A stretch of 63,605 nt of DNA, the filler included, from Platydemus manokwari (taxonomy: Eukaryota), in assembly GCA_037951405.1 (NCBI GenBank). It is 5 parts of 5 records of this genome, joined end to end, with 100 filler letters (N's around TTAATTAATTAA, not from the genome) between each part and the next. Parts side by side here need not be neighbours in the genome. Positions count along the whole stretch, not along the records: positions 51,146 to 63,605 come from JBBMOY010126677.1; 4 more parts are not named here. The stretch is one strand, 5' to 3'. Positions 51,146 to 63,605 of the stretch are shown here, one piece after another; positions within the stretch are counted from its first letter, which is position 1, and each line of letters starts with the position of its first letter. The notes beneath the pieces were generated by a model. It worked only from the letters and a program-made list of their open reading frames with translations. It did no database searches and was not told where the DNA came from. The position numbers were made by a program, and so were the translations under genes.

Positions 51146-53338
51146 TTAATTATTTTTTTTTATTTTTCCCATTATAAATATTATCATGATGATTATTTAA
51201 TATTGATTTATATTTCATTGATAAATTATTAATCAATAATATCAAACAATTGAACTCAAATCGATGATTTTCCATTTATATGATATCTGATATATAACAA
51301 CAAATCATGAAATATTGATGTTGTCCATATATTTATCAATGGTTACAGTTCATTGAACTCATCATCATTATTATTATTATTGAACAAATATTTGATTTAT
51401 CACTTGTTTTGAACTACTATGTTCATATATCAAATATATTTTATTTTATTTATTATATCGATCATTGAAAGAGCTTTTGAATTATTTATATTTCAAATTG
51501 ATATTATTAGCTTTTAATAATACGTGTTTTAACTGATAAACTAACTTCTCTCATTCAAACTCATTCATTTAAACAAATCAATCAAATCAAACCATTTGAA
51601 ATATTTTCCAATTATCATAAGCATTTGCAATCACCAATCAATAGCATCAAAATAACGTGGCTTTATCTGAATTAAATTGAAATTAAAATAACATGTTTTG
51701 CGCGCGTTTATTTATCTCAGATACAATGCTCTGATTTCTAGATATTTGATTGGTTGTTGTTATTGTTTGTCTTTGTTTGTATAGGTTTGACATTGATTTT
51801 CTTGTTATCGAATTCCCAAAATATTACTCGTATTATTTACATCGTTATTTTGAAAAGGATAAAATATGATCGGCAGCAGATCTTGACAGATGATTTGATA
51901 TCTTCTGCTCTTCTATAATTTTATTGTATTAATCTTCATAAAATGATATTCAAATGCGTGATGGTTATTGATAATTTGTTCAGGTTTTCCATTGAATATG
52001 AATTTAAGAAATTCATCAAAAAAATATATTTCATAACAGTGTTTCAAGATATATTTTTTACAAATCAAATATTATGATTTTATAGCTCTTATTATTAAAG
52101 TAGTTTTTAATCCAAATAATTACATAATCGATATTTATTTATCATATAAACCATTAATTCATGTTATCAAATGAAGCTGTGTATTTATTCTGATAATAAG
52201 GCATATTTAGTCCATCAATCAATAAATACTTATTCAACGTCCTTCAATATTTTGTCTTCTTTCAGTGTATCAGTGGTTCTATATTTTCGTTTTTCTCAAA
52301 CAATTTGAAATGTGTTTGTAAGACGCTTTTATTTTATAAAAACGCATCGAAAACGAAATGAAAAGTCACGACAACAAATTATATATTTAAATATAATTAC
52401 ATAAACCAATTAATATAATTTTATATTAAATTAAATTCTATACAAAATCGAATCTTCAAAAATTTAATTTCATATTCTCACAGTGTCGATAAGATTCAAA
52501 GATAAATCACATTTTATTCACAGGAAATCATTGATGAAAATTATTGGTGACATTATTAGTAATAAATAGCCATTACTATGTTTATATCGACAAAGATTAT
52601 TTTTCATTATTGTATTTATTTTAATCAATATTTCCTGCATTAGCCAATAGAAATTAAATTACATTTTCATAAATTTATTATTTCATTTACGAAACTAAAT
52701 TTTAGTCTAAATATTACGAAACTGATTTGATATAAAGTTGGATTTGTCATGGACGCATTATCTATTTCTTTTATTTCTCCATTTTCTTAATCATATATTA
52801 CTAGAGAGTAAATGCTCACTACGTATTAATTGTTTACATATCATGTGCTATTTATCTTTTTGTGTATTGATATCAGTAATTGATGAATGTATTAATGATC
52901 TCTGAACAATTCCATCATTAAATATCGAACCCATTTCTCGTATCCATACCAACATCGCTGGAAGTGGCATCAATATTGGTAGAACGTTGTTTCTTTATAA
53001 TCTCTTGAGTTAAAACAAATTTTTCTATCTGGAATCATTTTTATTTATTATTTTTCTTTATAATTATAATGAGAGTTTTTTAATTTCATTTTTGGATTTG
53101 ACATACTATGCTAGATATGACGATATTAGATAAAAAAAATATTGATTACAACGAGCAGTCATGACTAAGTGGTCAATGATAATGAATGTGAGTTAAATGG
53201 TTACACCAGTGAATAAATTATATGAGATGGATTTGAGTTTTTATCATATATTTATGAAATCTGTTACAATTTTTCTATAATAAACTGTGATATTCGATTT
53301 TTTTAAAAGTAAACAATCATTTTTCAATGTTCTTTCAG

Positions 53339-54794
53339 TTTATGTTGGGATCGTGGGTTTCATCGTTCACCATTCGTTCTTGTGTTGCCAAGGGGACGAG
53401 TAAAAATCAAAGACTCCATAGACTTCTTCGTTTTTCCATATTCCAGTGATCTAGTCAATAATACAGTTCATTCTTTTAAAAAACGAGTTTTTGATTGGCT
53501 CGGAAAGAAAATGGCACACCGTGTCAATCAGGGCTTCATTGTCGGTCAATCACAAGATCCGAAATTATTATTGAACAATTTTCCGGTGCATTTTGTAAGC
53601 ATTTATTCCAAAAGATCCGGAATGACACAAATGCCTCCAACATCGATATCGGCACACAGTGTAAAATTCACCGGACGAATCCATTTCTGGAGTGGAACAT
53701 TGGACGATATTCCATCTAGTATCAAGGATAAAATTTATCAAAAATTTCCCCACTGGAAACCGCCAGGTCATTTTTTCATCAGCACAAATGATTTCATTTA
53801 TCAATACGGCACCAAAGATGGTCAATCAATCAATTACGATGCATTGGAATTATTTTTCCGCGACTTATGTCCCAGTTCCAATGATATTTTCATTTGGAGT
53901 CTTTTGATTATCAATTTGATCATTTCTTTTCAAATAGCTATGCAAAACGGTTCCATTGCTTTGAGATTGGGCTATTTTATTTGGTATTTCCTTGTGTTTA
54001 ATATTCTGTATGGATTGATTTTTATCTCATTGTTGAGTTCATTGAATTGGAGCAATTCGTTCAATGATTTCCTTCAATTGATTTCTTTTATTTGGGAAAA
54101 AATAGCAATCACTAATTTATTTGAACACATTCGATATTTGCAATTGAGTAACAGATTGAATTTAACTCTGTTCAGTGTTGTTTGGTTGGTAATGATATTG
54201 ATTATTGTTTTCAAATACAAGTCACGTGAACCGGAATCAGACACACAGGAACGATTATCAGCCAATGAGATTTTATCTCATAATCCACTTATTGAACCAT
54301 GGGATCCTGAAGCCGGACAGCAAATAGCTCTGTTGTCATCGTTGGGTAATTTCAATCTCACATTGCAACAACAACCGCCACATTATTTATCGAAATTGTT
54401 GCTATGGTCTTTCCAAGCTCCGAAAAAGTGGGCCGTTAATTTGGCAAACAAATACAAAGACAGTAAAGTAGCGGCTAAAATCGGTACATTGTGTGACGTC
54501 AATAAATCGAATTGGCACGATGACAGTGATATCTCTTCGGATTTCTCATCAGCCGATGTCAGTTATTGTTCGAATGTGTCATCAGAATCTCAGAATGAAT
54601 TGTTGTGGCCCAAAGGATACATTTTCACGAGAACGTGTTGCATTTGTTTGGAAAGATTTCGTCAAAATGATATTTTATGTGGTTTACCATGTGGTCATGC
54701 GTTCCATGATGACTGTATCAAAAAATGGCTGGTTCATGAAGCTAAAGATGATTGTCCTCAATGCAGATGGCCCGTTTACAAAGAAAAACCTTGA
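53339..54794 (+). CDS. RNF103: RNF103/KF-1-like membrane RING-H2 E3 ligase, large terminal exon (5' exons unresolved)
   Basis: Acceptor tttcag at 53338. Contains SVKFTGRIHF, a multi-TM region, and C-terminal CCICLERF..LCGLPCGHAFHDDCIKKWL..CPQCRWPVYK, matching the RNF103 GLPCGH.FH / CP.CRWP.YK signature. Confidence 0.88.
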
Positions 54795-55599
54795 GAATTT
54801 CATAAATTATTTAATAACTTTTTGAAATAAATATTGTGTTTGTAGAAATTTTCATCATTTATTTTATTTATATTTTTCTGTTGATATTTTTCTGATAATT
54901 TTCAATGGATTCGATAATGGCAAATTTATAAATCAAGACAATGTCTGTTTGTTTTGGTGCACAAACCGCCAGCTGCAAAACAAGACGATATTTTTATTGA
55001 TGTCCCTTATCATGTTATGGTACAAAAATACGGTAAATATAACCAAATATTTGTGCGAGGAAAATTTAAATGAATAATTTTAATAATTTAATTAAAAATT
55101 TTTAATAAATAATTTAATATTAATTTCAAAAATTAAAAAAAATTTTTGGAATTTTATTAAATTATTAAAAAAAATTTTAACATTAAGTAATTTTAAAGAA
55201 TTTATATGTTTATATATCTAATAAAGATTAGCAATAAAAGATTCTCGAAAATTGTTTAAAAAATGTTTGATTTGTTTGTATTAATAAATAAAATTACAAA
55301 AATCGTAAAAATGAATCATAAGCGAAGTAGATACTACTTACAATTTGAAACAAAATAATTAACTTGTTCTAGTCAAAATATTAAAAATCTTTATGTTTTT
55401 ATCAAAAAATTTCACCTAGTTCTTAAAAATTTCGAGTTTATTTCTTGTCTGTTGTTCAATTTCTTTTTGATTATCTAGGTGTAATTAGAACAAAATCTAA
55501 AGTCATTTTGAAATTTATTTAAATAACCGACTTATAAAATATTTAATTCACTATAATTATTCTTCTTTATCAATTCTTCTATGTATAGGCTGAACTAGG

Positions 55600-55800
55600 A
55601 AGTCAATAAACCTTTGGTGAGAACTTTCAAATTTTATGACTTTCTTCTCTTTAAAAGAGTAAGCATTTGAGCACAGTACCTAGCCATCCATTGAGAGTAG
55701 AATTGGATATATTGGCCTTTGCCTTGGAATTGGGAGTAGCACTAAACATTATCAGCTTGGTGAATCTATCTACAATAACCAACAGATATTGAAATAGTTG
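55600..55800 (-). mobile_element. Gypsy integrase fragment
   Basis: QYLLVIVDRFTK...FYSQWMARY. The adjacent 56.1-57.0 kb looks LTR/leader-like but is unresolved. Confidence 0.65.
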
Positions 55801-58800
55801 AAAATAATTTCTGTAGAAATCAAAAAACAAATTAAAAATGATGTATCATTAAGATTAGGATTCCAGAGTAATTGTTAAAAAGTCAATAGAAAGTCATCAT
55901 ATCCAATCAAAATAAGTGAAACAGTAGTTATAAAATGTTATTGTATCATTGAGATTTACTAGTAAACTTGGAACTCGGAAAATTCTTATCCAATATTTTG
56001 ATTTGATTGCTTTTTCGTATTGAGTTAAATATAACAACAAAACAAATAAGTAAAAAACAATAAAATTCCGACCATTAAAACAAATTAAAAAGTAATTAAA
56101 CTGTCGGTAATCATCAAGAAACCAATATCGATTAATGAGATTTACGGATCAAAAGGTTTGTGAATTAAGTGATTTGTCAGAATCCAATTACGCCCACAGA
56201 TTAACTTTAACACCTACAAGAAATAAAATTAAAAAAATTCTAAAAGTAAACATGACGTAATTCTTAAATTAGAAACATATCCAAATATGGAATTTTAAAA
56301 ACATATAAATAGAACAAAAATATAATGAGTTAAAAATAGAATTACGTCATGATAGAAATAGAAAAATCATGATTGGATGAAACCATAACGAAAAATGGTT
56401 TATAAGAAGGCAGAATTTTAGAACAAAAGGCCATAAACTTACTTGACAAGCCAACTGCAATCTAGTACAAATTGCCAGAACAGCTATAGTTTAGACAGAA
56501 ACTACTACGACTAAGTAGCGACAACGGGAACCGACATAAACTCCCGTACAGCCGATTTATCAACGGATTAGGTATATCAGTATTGATCGTTATCTTCATA
56601 TCGTGTCGAAAGATTCGATATTAAATAAAACTCCCTTCGTTTTGCTCCTACCTTTTTAATAGTTTAATTCATTGTACGGTTCACCCGTATCATGAATCTT
56701 ACCCTCTGGTTAAGTGAGTCACACTTCGCCAGTTCTGTTTTGACATAATCGTATTAAATCAATTTTGTTCATTTTATATTGTAGTTATTTGATTGATAAT
56801 TATATTTTAGCACATTCGCGTTATTGTTATCTATTATATTATTATTCATAAGTAAATCGCAACCTACACACGAATCACAACCGATTGTCTGGAGTCCGAT
56901 CGGTACAAAAGCGAGCATCTCAACAACCAATCTCATCACACCTCCACAACCAGTATAAATAAATACCAATAAATTTTAGCTTCATTAAGTAGTGAATTAA
57001 TGAATAGCTAGACGATTTTATAACTTATTAACAATGTGGTTGAATATCTACAAAACTTTTCAATACAAATATCCAATAGAGTCAGTTGGATTCTATTTTA
57101 TTGCTTCATCTACCCATCATAAAATCTATAAATGTTAATTTTTGTTTCATAAAATGACTTGTATTGACATTGCTCACGAAATAGTTTAAAAATTAGAATA
57201 AATCATAGCTCTAGAGAATTAGAATTTTTAAAAATTTTCATTGACCTCTGTTCTAGAGAAGTAGTTATAAGAATTTGAGTAAAATGTAAATTTTCATTTA
57301 AGAGCTGGGTATTTAACATGCGGGTGCATTAGTAATCCTAGACTAAAATGTCAACCCATGCTTATACACTAATTACAAACATCGAAGAACATTCTGAAAT
57401 TCTTGTGTTTCATATTTTTGTTCTGGATGAAGACCATTTCAGTATCTGATTTGAATAATATTTATAAGATTTAATGAAAGACAATGATAATTTAATTAGA
57501 TAATTATTTAATTAACTCTTATTTAATTAATTAAAACATGATAATATTCTTATATATCAGTATTGGGATTGGCTCTATCGTAACATATCTAAACCGAAAA
57601 CCAAATCAATCTAAGCTAAACTCAATCATATAAATAGTTCGGAAGTATCACAACCTAGTCAGTCCTGATTCAAAACAATTCTTCAGTATAAATTTCAATA
57701 GGTCGGTTCCTCAGTCTCATTTCCAATCAACAGAAATTCTTAATGAATATGTGGAGAATGTAACAAAAACAAGGAAACAACCATCATAAGGCTGATACAC
57801 ACACTTAACTATAATCAATCACATACCTGTTGTTATTATTAATATAAATGAAAGTTCAAAGTCTTACTTGCAAGAAACATGATGTATTCAGCATTCCGCT
57901 CAAATTAACTTAAACATAAACAATTTCCTTTTTACTGACTTCAACTGTCAATAGGTCATCTTTGCGTTGTTATTTGTACTTGAAGCATTCCAATTGGGTT
58001 GATCGATATTTTATGATCTGGATTTGTCAATCCCTACGTGTATGTTGTTATGCAGTTATGTCCTTTTTCAAATTGGAATCTTCTTAAATAAAGTTAGATA
58101 AAGCCTGTTTGTTATGACTTTATTCTAAATAAAGATGTTCATTTATTGTTTTAAACAAAATATAATTAAATTACATTTCGATATTCTATATAGGATATAT
58201 TTTTGCATTAATAAAATATTTACTTTAAAATGGCAGTTTTCATTAAATCTGAACTTTATTATCAAACTTGTTAGTCTTGTAGTCGTAACTCAACCGAAAG
58301 ATAGAAATACTGATTATTGGAAGCCCTTATTTTCTTGCCTTTTGAAAAGCCCTTATTTTTCAATCAATTTCCATTTATTTCAATTCTTGCTTCATAAGGC
58401 TTCTAATTATTTGAAATTAATATAAATATCCATGTACATGATACGTTTTGGGATCTTCGATTTCTTAATTTAAATATTATCGATTATTTTGTTGATCAGA
58501 ACTTACGTCTTGATAAGTCTATAAATAGACCTCAATTCAATGTTACATCTTCACCTCGACGTTCTCAACTTATAAAGAGATAAATATTAAATAATTTTTG
58601 TGAGGTTTAAAATTTAAAGGACGATTAATAATTATTAAAAAATATTTTTAATTGATTACATTAAAAATATTAAATATTTATCTTGTTCAGGCAATTATTG
58701 TAATCTCTCAAAAAATTTTAAAATAATTTAAAAATTTAAAATAATTGCAATGTGTTATAAAATAATTTTTATATTGATGATAATTTGAATTTTAAAAATA

Positions 58801-58879
58801 AAAGAATATTTGTTTAAAAAATATGTAATATGAAATATATTTTTACACATTGAGAATTATGAGTTTTGAATATATCCTA

Positions 58880-59230
58880 GGTTCGCTGTTGCCAGACAGA
58901 TTCAAATTGAGGAATAACGTCGAAAAAGTGTAATCGATATTTCGAGGCTGAGGAAATCCCAAAGGATGTCCAATAAGATATCCAATAAGCTTGAGAAAGA
59001 AATTTAAATGAAGGGTATTGAGGAAGAGGATCAAATAAAGAAAACAGTAAAAAAAAAGCGAGATGGAGTAAGGAATAAATAAAGAGAAGTAAATACGATG
59101 GGAGCCGGAAAATGGCCCACGATAGTCAGAGGGCAACCAAAACCCAAGGCTCCGGAAAGGAAAGTAGATAATAGGACGTGCCATAATTGCCAAAAACCAG
59201 GGAATATAGCAAAAAATTGTAAAAGCGAGA
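58880..59230 (+). mobile_element. gag C-terminal fragment with a zinc knuckle
   Basis: RTCHNCQKPGNIAKNC is CX2CX4(H>N)X4C. Confidence 0.7.
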
Positions 59231-59239
59231 AAATTGTAA

Positions 59240-59940
59240 AAACGCCTGCCACCATCTTAAGTACCATTAATTTCGCTCTTTTTTGACTGTTACTTCAATG
59301 AATTTATCTGTCTCTTTTATTTAAATTTTATTCCAAAATACTCCCAAAAGATGATAAATAGCAATTAAATATTTTTTGACGAATTTTTTATTCCTAGCAA
59401 CCAACTGCCAAATGATAAACAAAACTTGCTTTTATACAATCAATATTTTATCGCTACACTCTGCACGCAAAAGTTAGAAATTATATTGAGCAATTCAAGG
59501 TGGCAGGTCGTCAACCAACAGACCCCTTCGTCGATATTGGAGAAATATCTTTTAAAGATTTTCTGAGCTAAATAGGAAGAATATCGGTAGTTTAGAATAT
59601 CTCTTCCAGTGGAATTGCATGCTTAAACATTTTAACTATATAGGAGAATTGAATCTGCTTTGCCAAATTGATCTTCAACAAATAATCTTCTTGTGTAAAG
59701 TAACTGGCTATTTAGTGGTTTCCAATAAACAGACAGAAGCATCAGTTGTTAACAGCCTTATTTATTGATTACCAAACCAAGTGAAATAATTGATAGTTAT
59801 TTAAAATGTTGGCTACATTTCCGGTTTAATTATTATTATCCGACTAATATGGGTTGACTAGAATCAATAATTTCGCCGGATTATTGCCAGGCAGGTTTTT
59901 ATTCTTCCTACTATTCAAGGGATAATGGACTGATTTTAAA
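59240..59940 (-). mobile_element. Highly decayed Gypsy RT/RNase H fragments
   Basis: LLTTDAS (about 59740), LAV..GIKKF (about 59400), GEIIDSSQP (about 59860). Confidence 0.4.
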
Positions 59941-62593
59941 ATGTATTGTTAATATTTTCATTTGATGACTAAAAGACTGTGTTAATTGATCTTATCCAAT
60001 TATTTAAAGCATTATTAACCAAATTTATTACTAAAATTATTACTAAACTAATATTATTTCTAAGATTATTATAATTATTAACCCAAATTACTATTATTTT
60101 AAAACTATTGTCAGTTCTATTTTTAACTTCTTAAAGATTTAATAATTATTATTATTTTAACTTTAGGTTTTTAAATTGTTGCACAAAAAAAGGCAAAAAT
60201 TGATATTTACTATTTCTAGGTAACCGAATTTTTACATTTTACAACACTTAAAGGATAAAACTTTCACTACTAATATACATTGAATAAAAATTGATCACTA
60301 ATAATCTTGCAATTTTCTTCTTTTTAGAAAAGCCAACAAACAACTTAAGGTAATATTTTATTTAAGTATCTTTGCGACCAGCAATTGAAACCATTTTACT
60401 TATTGTGGGTAACCAAGACTATCCGTTACCAATGAATCATTAAACAATTGTTTGAAACTCTTCCACTAATTTTATCTGATAACTGAAATGCAATCAAGTA
60501 ATTATTTTAATAAGTATTTTGCATTCGCTTCAGGACGTACAAAAGTTTTTATCGAAAACCATTAATTATCTAATCTTTGTAATTAATATTATCATCCATC
60601 TATTATTACGAAATTTTGTGTCCTGGAACTTTAGAGGGCACAGCTGATAATCGACTTTATTTATAATTTGATAATTTAAATTTTATTGACTTACACTCAT
60701 ATATTTTGTAAATAAAATTTGATATCATTATTTATTCTCCGTTTATTTACATCATTACTATTCGAGTATACTTCGCCTTTATTAATAAGTAGAAGGAATA
60801 TCATTAGGATATATTAGATAGAGCCAACTAACATTTAAATAATATCTTCAAAATCGAATATTATAATATATTAATTGAGAATTATTCTTACAAATTGTGC
60901 ATTTATATTTGGTACTAAATCATCATTAGTAATGGCCTTTATAGTCCAAGCTTTAAATTCTAATAACTTTGTTCTATAAATATAAATTCTATAACCTAAT
61001 TCAATATTCAATGCTAAGCCATACCAAAGAAAACTATGCGTTCGTACCATGACAGTTTATTAGTTTGAAAATGGAAAGTTTATAAGACAATCGTAAAGAA
61101 ATTAAATCCATCTCACCCGACTCGAAAATATTAATTCGCAAATGATTTTGCTTTATGACATGACTGAGTTTAAAACTTCTAAAATTTTAATATAGGCTTA
61201 ATTTTGGAAATTATTTTTTGATGTGATTTAGGATTGAAAGAGTTTAAATATTGGAGCTTGCATCCCAAATTGATGAAATCAGCACAATACTTCAGAAGCA
61301 TTTCGATCTAATAGATGATCTTTCTTTCAATTTTAATGTTATCAGACTTCATAAATACCCTTCTACTTTATATTTTAAAATTTTACATAATATTGTTTAT
61401 GAGGAATGTGGAACGAAAAATGTGAAATGATCTTATTAATATAGTGTATATTCATGTTGATTAATTCAATAAATAGTTCCAAATTTTAGAGAGATGGCAA
61501 TAGTTGCCCACACATTAAAATGAACTTCCTCCGGTTGTCATTGTATTCATTCAATAAGGATGATTCATTACAGAATGGTCAGCTTCCATATGTTAAAATT
61601 AAATTTTCAACACATATCAAACATAATTCCTAATAATATTCAGGAAATTCAGTATCATCCACTAAATTTACAATTTGAGAATTTATCAAGCATCATTTAT
61701 CATTAACTGGTTGAATAACATTTGCCCGGATAGAATTGCAGAAATTACTATTCAAAACCTAATTGATATTGTTAATGATATAATAATTGATTAAGTATTT
61801 TGAGTTAATTACTTGATTGCAAAAAGATTCAGAACATTGGACTTTTAAATTTTTAGCATAATCATAGATAATTTTATAATTATTCGTTCGTTCAATATAA
61901 TGGAGTAACACCAAATTTTAAGAAGCTATAAAATTCCTCAAAATTTGACATTTCAAACCCTATTCTATCTTTCATTTATTCAATCATTCAAAAATGATAT
62001 TTTGTACTGTCTAGTCAATATTCCCACCAATTATAAATATAGTAATTTAATTAAAGTATTGTGATATCAGATCGAATCCATTTATTATATTTCAATTTTC
62101 CCAAGTCGTATTGATCAGTCCTAATTGTAATCAATTTTAGCCATATTTTTATCCAATGAAATGACAGAAAATCACTTCAATTTCATTGGTCGAATTCCAA
62201 AAATCAATTTCAAATCAACTAGACAAGCATATAAAGCTAAACAATTGGCATATCTCAAATAAAAATTATAAAACTTTCACATTTATTTATAAAATCAATT
62301 CTCAGTCGACATTATAGTAAAAGGCATAACTGATTCCAATTCTGACAAAACATTAATTAATTAATTAATCAATAAAATTTGAACTGAAAAATCTCAAATC
62401 ATTAACCAAAACAATCTCAATACAAAGAAATATTTCAAAAATATAATCATCCTGATGAGGAAAATGAGCATCAATTTTGCGATGGTCATCAATTTGGAAA
62501 GCGATATAAAATATATAAAAGATTCCAACACGAAAATAATCAAATTAAACAGATCCTCAACAAGTACGGTTAGCCCGTGTCGAATTGCATTCA

Positions 62594-63602
62594 TTAAATA
62601 CCCAATTTGAAATCGGGCAAACGAACAATGTTGAAGGGTACAAAACCCTCCTTGCCGTCTTCTTTCCTCGCTTTCAACATGCCATCCTCCAACACAACAT
62701 TAATCGTCAGACTATCGCCAGCCTGAATGGGAAAAAAACGCTTTTGAACTTCATCAACAAAAAATAAATCGTTTTTCACCCTCAAAAATAATTGAGATTT
62801 ATCGAACACATTTGGATTTCGTGATTTAATGGCAACGGTTTTGAATGGGATCATGTTTTGGATTTTAAAAACCACTTGTTGAACTGACGTCGCATCGTTA
62901 GATGGCTGAAAGGACATGGTGGATAATTTAATGAAATCAACTTCACTCACTCACCTGTTTCAAGATTGTCACTGGAAGCCAGCCGATTTGACGATTTCTC
63001 GTTTGATCTTGACACAAAACCTTATCATCATGCTTCAGAACAAATTGTACAAAATCTCCCTCATTAACTTGCAGTTCTAAATCATTCTTGTTTTCAAGAA
63101 AAATATAAATAACATAAATCAAGATGCAAGATAAATGTTTACGGTAGCATTGTAATTCATCATAACCCGATAGAAATGTTTTGGTGCCTAAGATTGGTGA
63201 AAATTTTGAAATCAATCATAATTTATCATACTGGATTCGTTAAGCAACTTTGTCTAATAGTAAATTTTGAGAAATGTGTTAAAATACTTTCAATAGAATC
63301 AAATTCCGAATTGCCAATTTTCCAATTGTCTCCTACTGGAGAAATGACGTATTTATTTGTGTGAGATTTTTCTCTAATGAATAAATGAATTTTGACTATT
63401 AATTTGCAAATTATTACTTAACCATTAATACATAACTTCCAGGAATCTGGTTACAATCCCTAATAAGATATGTACCATCTGATTCCAAAAATATTGATTG
63501 TTGTGCTTCTTCACGAGAGAGGTTACCGAAATACCAACTGATGATAGTTTAATAATAAAAAAATTTAACCATTTAAACATACTCTTTAACAAAGTTTTTC
63601 AT
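62594..63602 (-). CDS. CRK: Crk/CrkL (CED-2)-like adaptor, SH2-SH3-SH3; complete, about 6 exons
   Basis: MKNFVKD | WYFGNLSREEA..GTYLIRDCNQIPGSYVLMVK | EKSHTNKYVI..WKIGNSEFDSIESILTHF..LTNP | APKHFYRVMMNYNAT | NDLELQVNEGD..GWLP..LKQ | PSND...IQAGD..GKEGFVP...GI*. All junctions are GT-AG. Confidence 0.9.
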
Positions 63603-63605
63603 TAA

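Noticed and set aside
51630-51760. CCAAT boxes and TTTGCGCGCG as the RNF103 promoter
   Set aside because: The first exon could not be located, and motif matches alone are insufficient.
62452-62470. CTGATGA...GAAA hammerhead-like core (also at about 922)
   Set aside because: No flanking helices or stem II could be built.

Overview
AT-rich eukaryotic DNA with very short GT-AG introns. The composition, intron size and gene/TE content suggest a planarian-type flatworm, but this is inference. The window is five contigs joined by four 100-bp N44-TTAATTAATTAA-N44 linkers, so adjacency across gaps is not biological. Apparent host genes: an intronless rhodopsin-type GPCR, a 5-exon F-type-lectin + PAN/apple protein, a 5'-truncated ALDH1/2-like gene whose catalytic Glu motif is altered (LELGG->LGLSG), an RNF103-like RING-H2 ligase, and a complete Crk-like SH2-SH3-SH3 adaptor. 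Most of the rest is decayed mobile DNA: a CsRn1/Kabuki-type Gypsy element with a tRNA-Leu-type PBS and a readable -1 frameshift heptamer plus pseudoknot, a Ulp1-protease-carrying RLE (NeSL/R2-group) LINE, hAT-Charlie and mariner ends, MITEs and Gypsy pol fragments. The most unusual stretch is 38.6-41.9 kb: a Gypsy pol remnant followed on the opposite strand by about 2.9 kb of decayed coding sequence with a classical AAA-ATPase motif set and several zinc-finger-like motifs, suggesting a cargo-carrying giant retroelement. All translations and alignments were done by eye; no database searches were run.
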